Shown: positions 1 to 7,498 of the stretch, piece by piece
How the letters are laid out: each line of letters starts with the position of its first letter
How positions within the stretch are numbered: position 1 is the first letter of the stretch
NCBI GenBank assembly: GCA_937934165.1
Contig: CALGZX010000056.1
Span: 25,287-89,286 of the forward strand
DNA length: 64,000 nucleotides
Source: an uncultured Collinsella sp.
GTDB lineage: Bacteria; Actinomycetota; Coriobacteriia; Coriobacteriales; Coriobacteriaceae
Reading direction: 5' to 3'
Notes under the pieces: model-generated
Databases searched by the model: none
What the model saw: only the letters and a program-made list of their open reading frames with translations
Told to the model about the DNA's origin: nothing
Made by a program: the position numbers and the translations under genes

Positions 1-485
1 AGTTCGCGGCTATCCCATTTGCCCTGCTTCACGCGCTTGCCGTCGACCTTCACCGACAGCTTTTCGCCCCCATGGCGCTTGAGCACGCTGTCATCGACGG
101 CCAGCAGGTCGCCTGCGTCGTAGGTGCCAGTCAAATCCTGTTCGTCGATGAGATTCTGCAGCGTAGAGCCCACGCGCACTGCGGTCTTCTGGCCGTTGAG
201 CTCCACGTCCACGCTGCGGTTGACGTAGCCCACGACGGCAGCGATAAACAGCACGAGTGCGCAACCCACGGCGATGAGCGCATAGGGCAGGCGAGACGAA
301 CGACGGGGTGTGCGGCTGTTGCCGATGCGAGCGCTGCGGTCGCTAAAGCCGCGGCTATGGTTGAGATACATCGCGCCGGGCTTACGGTGACGCTTGCGCT
401 GACCGCTGGGCAGCTGCCCCAGGTCGCGGCGCGCCGTCGGACGCGCACCCGAACGCCCGTTTAAGTTGGATCCGTTTTGGCGCAT
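1..485 (-). CDS. membrane-anchored protein, N-terminal part (gene runs off the window start); possible DUF348-type beta-grasp repeat of RpfB/YabE-like wall proteins
   Basis: ATG at 485 follows a GGGGGAGGG SD (complement of 489-497), and the frame stays open to position 1, so it is absent from the ORF track. Translation is MRQNGSNLNGRSGARPTARRDLGQ..., with one TM helix (LPYALIAVGCALVLFIAAVVGYV), then VDVELNGQKTAVRVGSTLQNLIDEQDL. Confidence 0.5.
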   Translation of the reverse strand, partial: MRQNGSNLNGRSGARPTARRDLGQLPSGQRKRHRKPGAMYLNHSRGFSDRSARIGNSRTPRRSSRLPYALIAVGCALVLFIAAVVGYVNRSVDVELNGQKTAVRVGSTLQNLIDEQDLTGTYDAGDLLAVDDSVLKRHGGEKLSVKVDGKRVKQGKWDSRE

Positions 486-557
486 ATGCCCTCCCCCATA
501 AACACAGCAAGCCGGAGCAACAGGTCTCCGGCTTGCCTCCCATCATTTGGTACGTCG

Positions 558-1313
558 CTATTTTGTAGCTTTTGACGAGCCTCCGCTCGCCTTTTGGTAT
601 TCGTCCTTAAAGGCCTTGAACATGCCGCGCGTCTTGCCGAGCTGCTTGCCCAGTGCGCGACTGCCCTTGTCCACGGCAACCGATCCCTTGTCGTCGAGCA
701 TCTTGGCGCCCTTTTTGACCTTGTCGCCCACCACGACGCTGGCCTCGGCGGCCTTGGCAGCCGCACCGCCCGAATACCCGAGCGACTTGACCTCGTCCGA
801 GACGACCATCGCGCCGTTCTCATAGCCGCGCAGCATCGTCGGCGGCACCTGCGTGTCACCAACCAAAACACTCGAAGCAGCACCGGCGGTCACATAGAAT
901 GCCTGCACGATGCCCGAACGCGGCTTGAACTCCACATCCGAGCAATAGCCCACGACGTCGCCCGATTCCGTGCGCACGTCCATACCGACCCAGATGATGC
1001 AATCGTCCAGGTTGATGTCGAGGCGCTTGGCGGCGGCGGCATCGTACGTGTCCTTGACGTCATCGACCGCAATGGCGCCCTCGTAGACACCAATGGCGTC
1101 GAGCGCTACGAATCGGTCGGGACGCTCGATCATGCCCGCGATATCGGACTGGCGGACCATAAAGCCGACCACGCGCGTACCGCCCGGGGTAAAGACCGGA
1201 AAGTGAATCTTTCCGAGCTTTTTAGGGCTGCGCGGCGTGCCGTCCTTTTTGGTGCGCTTGTCCTCGGTAGGCTTGCGATAGATCTTGGCGCCGACAAAAT
1301 CCCCGGCGCGCAT
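558..1313 (-). CDS. PRC-barrel-like domain protein with Lys/Gly-rich C-terminal tail
   Basis: 251-aa ORF. It has two segments of PRC-barrel type (GTRVVGFMVRQSDIAGMIERPDRFVALD and VRTESGDVVGYCSDVEFKPRSGIVQAFYV). Its start overlaps the stop of the upstream gene by 1 nt. Confidence 0.5.
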   Translation of the reverse strand: MRAGDFVGAKIYRKPTEDKRTKKDGTPRSPKKLGKIHFPVFTPGGTRVVGFMVRQSDIAGMIERPDRFVALDAIGVYEGAIAVDDVKDTYDAAAAKRLDINLDDCIIWVGMDVRTESGDVVGYCSDVEFKPRSGIVQAFYVTAGAASSVLVGDTQVPPTMLRGYENGAMVVSDEVKSLGYSGGAAAKAAEASVVVGDKVKKGAKMLDDKGSVAVDKGSRALGKQLGKTRGMFKAFKDEYQKASGGSSKATK

Positions 1314-1702
1314 TATGCCTCGGTCGAGGGCTCCGCAGCCTCGGTATCAGCCTCGACGGCGTTCTCGACCACGACGTCGGCGGCAGGCGTCACGTTGCCG
1401 CCCGAAATGGCGTCGTTGAGCTGCTCGCGCAGCTGGTCCATGCGTTCGCGGGCCAGGTCGACCTTGGCGCGCAGGTCGTCGGTCTTGGCGTCGACCATCG
1501 GGCCAAAGTCATTCACCGCAGCACGGGCCTCCTCGGCGCTGTGCTCGTAGGTGTCGCGCATATTGTCCCAGGCGTCGTTGGCGATATCGGCAGCCATGGC
1601 GCGGGTCTCGGCGCCCGAGCGCGGGGCCAGAGCAACGCCGACAATAGCGCCGGCAGCGGCACCAAAAAGTGCGCCGGAGACAAAGCTGAAAGTCTTACCC
1701 AT
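1313..1702 (-). CDS. YtxH-like general stress protein
   Basis: Start trimmed to the ATG at 1702 (MGKTFSFVSGALFGAAAGAIVG...), with a GGAGAGGAA SD upstream. An N-terminal Gly/Ala TM-like helix is followed by a coiled-coil-like region (DDLRAKVDLARERMDQLREQL), typical of the YtxH family. Confidence 0.6.
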   Translation of the reverse strand: MGKTFSFVSGALFGAAAGAIVGVALAPRSGAETRAMAADIANDAWDNMRDTYEHSAEEARAAVNDFGPMVDAKTDDLRAKVDLARERMDQLREQLNDAISGGNVTPAADVVVENAVEADTEAAEPSTEA

Positions 1703-1838
1703 GATCATTCCTCTCCTGCGGGCACGTCGGTGCCCACCGTTTGAATGCTGTCCATTATACCCGCAGCGCATCACTTGCCGCTCCGCTCATCTGCGTACGG
1801 CAAAGGCGCAGGTATGTGATGGTGATAAACGCCTAGGC

Positions 1839-2672
1839 CTACTCCTGGGGCATAGCCGGCATGGCCACCGTGGCACCCGGGTCCTCGCCGGCGCCGTCCA
1901 CGAGCGGCAGACCGCCCTCATGCGCAGGTCCTGCCGGAACCGTCGCCGCACCGCCAAAGACGGCAGCGGAGGCCTCGTGGTTCTCGGCAACCGCGCCCTC
2001 GGTATCAATCGCCACCTGGGGCTCGTCGTCAAAGTTGGGGACGCCCTGGGGCTCGGTGGGAACGGGCTCGGCGGTCGCATCGGCAACGGGCTCGGCGTCG
2101 ACCGGCACATCGCCCTCGTCAGCGCCCTCGTCCTCGGCAACATCTTCGCCGTTCGCAGCGGCGACGGCCTCGTGAGGATCCTTGCCCTCGGCCTCGGCGC
2201 GCATGCCCAGCACCAGGTTGCGCAGGCCCGCGACCGTGCCTTCCACGTCGGGGGCAGGCTGGTCGGCGTGCAGATAGGCCCAGTCCATCATAAAGGCGGC
2301 CGAAGACAGCGCACCGATGGCCAGCGCGTCGTCGGGGCACGAAAGCTCAACCTCAAAGACGCGCTCGTCGTGCTCGCTTACGCGCGTGCGGCCGCACGAG
2401 ATGCTACCGGCAAGACCGGTCTCGTTCATGAGCTCGACCGTCACATGCTCAAGCAGATGGCAAAGCTCGGTCTGGCCCATGCAGTCCTGGAACTCGCGAC
2501 CGGAATCACCCAGGCACAGGTGCTTGGCAATCGCCGGCACCAGGTAATACACGCGCGCCGTGGCCTCGATATCCTCCGAGGTCATGAGCGGCATGCCGGG
2601 GTTCACCAGCACATGCGCGCAGATCTTGTCCTCGCTGACGGTGACCTTAAGGATGTTAAACAGGCCTGCCAT
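1839..2672 (-). CDS. stand-alone cyanophycin-synthetase N-terminal-domain-like protein with long acidic/Pro-rich tail
   Basis: 277-aa ORF. HLCLGDSGREFQDCMGQTELCHLLEHVTVELMNETGLAGSISCGRTRV resembles, from memory, the CphA N-domain segment HFCS...GHIVEHIALELQ...GFGRTR. The C-terminal half is low-complexity (D/E/A/P/V). Confidence 0.45.
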   Translation of the reverse strand: MAGLFNILKVTVSEDKICAHVLVNPGMPLMTSEDIEATARVYYLVPAIAKHLCLGDSGREFQDCMGQTELCHLLEHVTVELMNETGLAGSISCGRTRVSEHDERVFEVELSCPDDALAIGALSSAAFMMDWAYLHADQPAPDVEGTVAGLRNLVLGMRAEAEGKDPHEAVAAANGEDVAEDEGADEGDVPVDAEPVADATAEPVPTEPQGVPNFDDEPQVAIDTEGAVAENHEASAAVFGGAATVPAGPAHEGGLPLVDGAGEDPGATVAMPAMPQE

Positions 2673-2696
2673 AACTCTCCCCTACTCTTCCTTGTC

Positions 2697-4070
2697 CTAC
2701 TCGTCGCCGTCGTGCGGATTCGCGGAACCCGCACCCGACGTCGTCGGCTCGTCTACCGAAGACTCGGAATCCTTCTTATCGGTTTCGGCCGGAGCGATCA
2801 CGCGAATGAGCGAGATGCGCTGGCCACGCATCGACTGAACTTTAAACTTGTACCCCGCGACCTCAAACACCTCTCCGATGTCGGGCACCGAGTCGCAAAG
2901 CTCCAAAATCCAGCCGGCGATGGTCTCATAATCATCGCTTTCCTCGAGCGGCCAACCAAGCTCAATCGCGTCATCGCACGAAAAACGCCCATCAACGAGC
3001 CACTCGCGGCGCGAAAGGCGCGTGAGATACTTGTTGTCGGGGTCGAACTCGTCCTCGATCTCGCCGACGATCTCCTCGACGATATCCTCGATGGTGATAA
3101 TGCCGGCCGTGCCGCCGTACTCGTCCACGACCACCACGATCTGGTCGTGCGAGGTCTGCATCTCGGACAGTAGCGGCAGGATGTCCTTGGTGTCGGGCAC
3201 AAAGGTGGCGTCGCGCAAAAAGCCGGCGATGGGCTGGTCGCCCTTGCCGTCGAGCGCGGGCTGAATCAGGTCCTTGATGTGCGCGATGCCGGCGACGTTG
3301 TCGGGATCCTCGTGATAGACGGGGATGCGGCTAAAGCCGGTCTGGCGCATGGTGGACAGCACGTCGGCGACCGTCTCGTCGTCCTCGCACATGGTGGTGT
3401 CCACGCGCGGCACCATGACCTCGCGGGCAACGGTGTCGCCCAGGTCGAAGATCTCGTGGATCATGCGCTTTTCCTCGTCGAGCAGGTCGTCCTGCTCCGA
3501 GACCATGTACTTGATCTCTTCTTCCGAGACGTTCTGGCGGTCGTCGGCACTCTTGATGCGCAGGATGCGGGCCAGGCCATCGGAGCAAGCACCGGTCAGC
3601 CACACGAGCGGACGGGCGATCTTTTGGAAAAACGACAACGGTCCCACGACCTGCTTGGACACGCCCTCGGCATTGGCCAGGCCGATGCGCTTGGGGACGA
3701 GCTCGCCGATCACGATGGACACGAAGGCGACCGCGACGGTGATGATGACCGGCGCCAGGCCGCGCGCGATGGCGGAGAGCGCCGCGATGCCAAAGCTCAT
3801 GAGCCACGTAGCGAGCGGGTCGGACAGACTCGTCGAGGCGACGGCGGACGAGGCGAAGCCCACGAGCGTGATGGCGACCTGGATGGTGGCGAGCAGCTGG
3901 TCGGAGTCGGCAGCCAGCTTAATGGCATGCTCGGCGCGTTTGTCGCCTTCCTCGGCCTCGTGCTCCAGCACGGCGCGCTTGGCCGTGGTGAGCGCCATCT
4001 CTGACATAGAGAAGTAACCGTTGATGAGGGTCAAAACGAGGGTGGTGATAAGGGAGATGGTTATGTCCAT
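2697..4070 (-). CDS. CNNM/CorC-type transporter (DUF21 - CBS pair - CorC_HlyC), hemolysin-like
   Basis: Start trimmed to the ATG at 4070 (MDITISLITTLVLTLINGYFSMSEMAL, the canonical DUF21 start). CBS-pair region (VAREVMVPRVD...IPVY) and a C-terminal CorC_HlyC-like domain are present. The 79 upstream codons of the ORF look non-coding. Confidence 0.85.
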   Translation of the reverse strand: MDITISLITTLVLTLINGYFSMSEMALTTAKRAVLEHEAEEGDKRAEHAIKLAADSDQLLATIQVAITLVGFASSAVASTSLSDPLATWLMSFGIAALSAIARGLAPVIITVAVAFVSIVIGELVPKRIGLANAEGVSKQVVGPLSFFQKIARPLVWLTGACSDGLARILRIKSADDRQNVSEEEIKYMVSEQDDLLDEEKRMIHEIFDLGDTVAREVMVPRVDTTMCEDDETVADVLSTMRQTGFSRIPVYHEDPDNVAGIAHIKDLIQPALDGKGDQPIAGFLRDATFVPDTKDILPLLSEMQTSHDQIVVVVDEYGGTAGIITIEDIVEEIVGEIEDEFDPDNKYLTRLSRREWLVDGRFSCDDAIELGWPLEESDDYETIAGWILELCDSVPDIGEVFEVAGYKFKVQSMRGQRISLIRVIAPAETDKKDSESSVDEPTTSGAGSANPHDGDE

Positions 4071-4180
4071 CGGGAGTTTCTCGAACCTCCAAGATTCGGG
4101 ACGTCGGATTAAAACGTTGACGGCGGATACGGCAATTGCACCGGCGCCCAAACAAGGACGCGGGCGCGCAGGCGTGGTCG

Positions 4181-4864
4181 CTAGATTACGAAGAGAATCA
4201 CCGCCATGAACTGGAAGATGCTGCCGGCGAGCACCCACAGGTGAAACACGCTGTGAAGATAGCGCACGTTTTTGGCGATATAGAACGGCACGCCCGCGGT
4301 GTAGCACACGCCGCCGACGGCGAGCAGGGCAAGTGCCACGGGGTTGAGCAGCGCCACAAGTTCGGGCAGCTTAAAGACAACGAGCCAGCCCATCAGCAGG
4401 TAGACCAGGCCGCTTACCCAGTGCGGTTGACGCTCGCGCATAAAGCACTCGAGGGCGATGCCGATAATGGCGATGGCCCATACGGCAAAGAACAGCACAG
4501 CGCCGCCGTCGTTTGCGAGCGTGATGAGGCAAAACGGCGTATAGCTGCCAGCTATGAGCAGGTAGATGCAGCTGTGGTCGATGACGCGAAACACGCGCTT
4601 GGCGCGCGCGGGCTGAATCGCGTGGTAGAGCGTGGAGGCTAGGTATTCGAGGATAATGCTGACGCCATAGACAATCGCCGCGGCCATGTGGGCCGGGCCT
4701 CCGCCGCGCAGGGCGGCGAATACGATCAGGAGCACCAGGCCCGCGATACCCAGCAGGCAGCCGACACCATGGGTGACGGAGTTCATGATCTCCTCACCCA
4801 CCGTGTAGTGTGGAACGGCCGCGGTCTTGGGTCGCGGCTTAGAACTGTCGCTCGAATCGGACAT
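4181..4864 (-). CDS. hemolysin III / PAQR family channel protein
   Basis: 7-TM protein with the hemolysin III motif EEIMNSVTHGVG and a His-rich C-terminus (YLHSVFHLWVLAGS). Start set at the ATG at 4864 because the GGAGG SD overlaps the first ATG at 4882. Confidence 0.85.
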   Translation of the reverse strand: MSDSSDSSKPRPKTAAVPHYTVGEEIMNSVTHGVGCLLGIAGLVLLIVFAALRGGGPAHMAAAIVYGVSIILEYLASTLYHAIQPARAKRVFRVIDHSCIYLLIAGSYTPFCLITLANDGGAVLFFAVWAIAIIGIALECFMRERQPHWVSGLVYLLMGWLVVFKLPELVALLNPVALALLAVGGVCYTAGVPFYIAKNVRYLHSVFHLWVLAGSIFQFMAVILFVI

Positions 4865-4972
4865 GCCGGTTACATCCTCCAACGTAAAGAGTTCTCAACA
4901 CTATATCAAAGCGTCTAGGTACGTGCGAAATTTGCATCATACGTGACCACTTGTTTACCCATTCTTTGCTTG

Positions 4973-5001
4973 TTGACGCATCAACGGCGAACGTCCATAA
5001 T
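4973..5001 (+). promoter_or_regulatory. putative sigma-70-type promoter for the hydrolase gene
   Basis: TTGACG (4973-4978), a 17-nt spacer, then CATAAT (4996-5001), about 50 nt upstream of the ATG at 5051. Confidence 0.4.
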
Positions 5002-5050
5002 GCGCTTGCATTAAACGTTGATGTATTAACATCTTATAGGAGAATACCGC

Positions 5051-6016
5051 ATGTCTCAAAACGCACGTTCCCATCGAAAGCTCAAGATAGCCGGCATTGT
5101 TGCACTGGTGGCTGTCGTTGCGCTGCTCGGATTTGCCGGCAACTTTCTGTTTGACTTCGCGCTGAATCCCCAAGCGCCGTACACCATGAAGATGATGCAG
5201 GATGGCAAGGACGCCGAAAAGGGCGAGCAGATGGACGCCGAGGAGGGCGAGGCACGGGCGTGGTTTAAGGAAAACCGCGAGAGCAGCAGCCTCACCGCGA
5301 ACGACGGGACCGAGCTTGCCGCCTGGTATTTTGCTGCGTCGGAGAGCGCACACGATTACGCCGTCTGCCTGCATGGATATACCAACGAGCCCATCGGTAT
5401 GGCCCGATACGTCAAGCGATTCCACGACCGCGGCATGAACGTACTCGCCCCCGCCGCACGCGCCCACGAGCGCTCCGGCGGCGACTATATCGGCATGGGC
5501 TGGCCCGAGCGCCTCGACATCGTCGCATGGATCGAGCAAATCGTTCAGGCTGACCCCGAGGCGCGCATCCTGGTCTTTGGCGAGTCGATGGGTGCGGCAA
5601 CTGCCATGAACGTCGCGGGGGAATCTCTGCCCGCAAACGTGAAATGCATTATCGAGGACTGCGGTTATACAAGTGTTTGGGACGAGTTTTCTCTGCAGCT
5701 CAAGGACGTGTTCGGCCTGCCCAGCTTTCCCTTGCTCGATGTAGCAAACTTGGTGTGCAACGTGCGCGCGGGCTACGACTTTCATAAGGCGAGCAGTGTG
5801 GAGCAACTCAAACACGCGACGGTTCCCATGCTGTTTATCCACGGCGACCAGGACACCTTTGTACCGTACAGTATGCTCGACCAAAACTACGATGCGTGCG
5901 CCAGCAAGGTCAAGCAAAAGCTCACTATCCATGGCGCCACCCACGCCAAGAGCGCGCAGATCGACCCCGAACTCTACTGGAACACGGTCGACAACTTCCT
6001 CGACAAGAATTTTTAG
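5051..6016 (+). CDS. membrane-anchored alpha/beta hydrolase (S9/S33-like serine hydrolase)
   Basis: N-terminal TM anchor (IAGIVALVAVVALLGFAGNFLF), nucleophile elbow GESMGAA, and a C-terminal HGDQDTFVP...HG pattern typical of alpha/beta hydrolases. AGGAGA SD lies upstream. Confidence 0.8.
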   Translation: MSQNARSHRKLKIAGIVALVAVVALLGFAGNFLFDFALNPQAPYTMKMMQDGKDAEKGEQMDAEEGEARAWFKENRESSSLTANDGTELAAWYFAASESAHDYAVCLHGYTNEPIGMARYVKRFHDRGMNVLAPAARAHERSGGDYIGMGWPERLDIVAWIEQIVQADPEARILVFGESMGAATAMNVAGESLPANVKCIIEDCGYTSVWDEFSLQLKDVFGLPSFPLLDVANLVCNVRAGYDFHKASSVEQLKHATVPMLFIHGDQDTFVPYSMLDQNYDACASKVKQKLTIHGATHAKSAQIDPELYWNTVDNFLDKNF

Positions 6017-6093
6017 GCAAAAGCAACGTCTGGGGTTTTGTTGCCAAAAATCGGTTTGTAGTCGGCGGTATTCGATTTTTCACCGCACTTCTG

Positions 6094-6132
6094 AAAAGCC
6101 GCCCGCAAGCGTTGTGCTCGTGGGCGGCTTTT
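6094..6132. terminator. bidirectional stem-loop terminator between convergent genes
   Basis: AAAAGCCGCCC - 17 nt - GGGCGGCTTTT, with A/T runs on both sides. Confidence 0.65.
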
Positions 6133-6179
6133 ACTCAACTAACGCCACAAAGGCGCTTGGTTTGTCCAATAGAACGACG

Positions 6180-7385
6180 CTACTTGACCTCGACGAGCTC
6201 ATACTCGCTCGTGCCCAGGCCAATCTTCTCGGCGTGCGCGATGCAGGTGCGCCAGTCGGTGTCGGGATGCGTGATGCAGAAGGGGTCCTTGGCCTGTTCG
6301 CCCTCCAGATGCTCGTGGTTATGCTCCATCTTGGCCGCGCTATCGGTGAGCTCGGTGTTGGGCAGCGGCTCGGATGCCATGACGGCATCGGCGCAGGCCT
6401 GATCGATAGCGACCGGGTCGAAGCTCGCGAACATGCCGATGTCGTTGACGATAGGTGTATCGTTTTCGGGATGGCAATCGCAGTTGGGGCTGATATCCAT
6501 GGCAAGCGAGATATGGAAGCTCGGGCGGCCGTCGACGACGGCCTTGGTGTACTCGGCGATCTTGCAGTTGAGCACGTCGGCCGCGGCTTCATAGCCGGGC
6601 TTGATGGCGTCCTGGTTGCATGCCGCAATGCAGCGTCCGCAGCCCACGCAGCGATCGTGGTCGATGGCGGCCACGTGCACCGTGCGAGTAGCGCCGCCGG
6701 CAAGCTCGCGCTCGCGGGTGCCATCGAACGAGATGGCGTTGTGCGCGCAGATCTTTTCGCAGGCACGGCAGCCAATGCAGTGCTCGGTCGCGACGTTCGG
6801 CTTGCCGGCGGCATGCTGTTCCATCTTGCCGGCACGACTGCCGCCTCCCATGCCAAGGTTCTTCATGGCGCCGCCAAAGCCGGCCTGCTCATGGCCCTTA
6901 AAGTGGGTGAGGCTGATCACGATATCGGCATCCATGAGTGCCTGGCCGATCTTTGCCTCGCGCACGTACTCACCGCCCTCGACCGGGACGAGCGCCTCAT
7001 CGGTGCCTTTGAGGCCGTCGGCGATGATGACCTGGCAGCCCGTGGCATACGGGGTAAAACCGTTCTGATAGGCGGTGTCGATGTGCTCGAGCGCGTTTTT
7101 GCGGCTACCGACATAGAGCGTGTTGCAGTCGGTGAGGAAGGGCTTGCCGCCCAGCTCCTTGACGACATCCGCGACGGCGCGGGCGTAGTTGGGGCGCAAA
7201 AAGCTCAGGTTGCCCAGCTCGCCAAAGTGAATCTTGATAGCGACGAACTTGTTCTCGAAGTCGATCTGCTCAATGCCGGCGCGGCGAATGAGGCGTTTGA
7301 GCTTGTCGAGCTGGCTCTCGCGAGCATGCGTGCGTAGGTTGGTGAAGTACACCTTGGCGGGTGCTGCGGGTGCAGTTGCGGTCAT
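6180..7385 (-). CDS. DUF362 domain protein with 2x[4Fe-4S] ferredoxin insert
   Basis: 401 aa. DUF362 hallmarks are IKIHFGE, NTLY, THFKGH and GGAMKNLGMG. Two CxxCxxCxxxC clusters are present (CIGCRACEKIC, CVGCGRCIAAC). GAGGGGA SD lies upstream. Confidence 0.8.
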   Translation of the reverse strand: MTATAPAAPAKVYFTNLRTHARESQLDKLKRLIRRAGIEQIDFENKFVAIKIHFGELGNLSFLRPNYARAVADVVKELGGKPFLTDCNTLYVGSRKNALEHIDTAYQNGFTPYATGCQVIIADGLKGTDEALVPVEGGEYVREAKIGQALMDADIVISLTHFKGHEQAGFGGAMKNLGMGGGSRAGKMEQHAAGKPNVATEHCIGCRACEKICAHNAISFDGTRERELAGGATRTVHVAAIDHDRCVGCGRCIAACNQDAIKPGYEAAADVLNCKIAEYTKAVVDGRPSFHISLAMDISPNCDCHPENDTPIVNDIGMFASFDPVAIDQACADAVMASEPLPNTELTDSAAKMEHNHEHLEGEQAKDPFCITHPDTDWRTCIAHAEKIGLGTSEYELVEVK

Positions 7386-7467
7386 AGATCTATCCCCTCG
7401 GTCTATATGGCGTTACAGACATAGAGGATGGTACCAGTTAAAGCAGAGTTAAAGTCAAGTACGGAAC

Positions 7468-7498
7468 CTAGTCATTGGGGACGTTCTTAAACGACTAC
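7468..7498. repeat. GGGGAC-loop hairpin repeat (single copy) overlapping the stop codon of the permease gene
   Basis: CTAGTCATTGGGGACGTTCTTAAACGACTAC, with arms TAGTCATT/AAACGACTA. The TAG stop of the 7495-10161 gene is the TAG of the arm on the minus strand. Confidence 0.7.
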
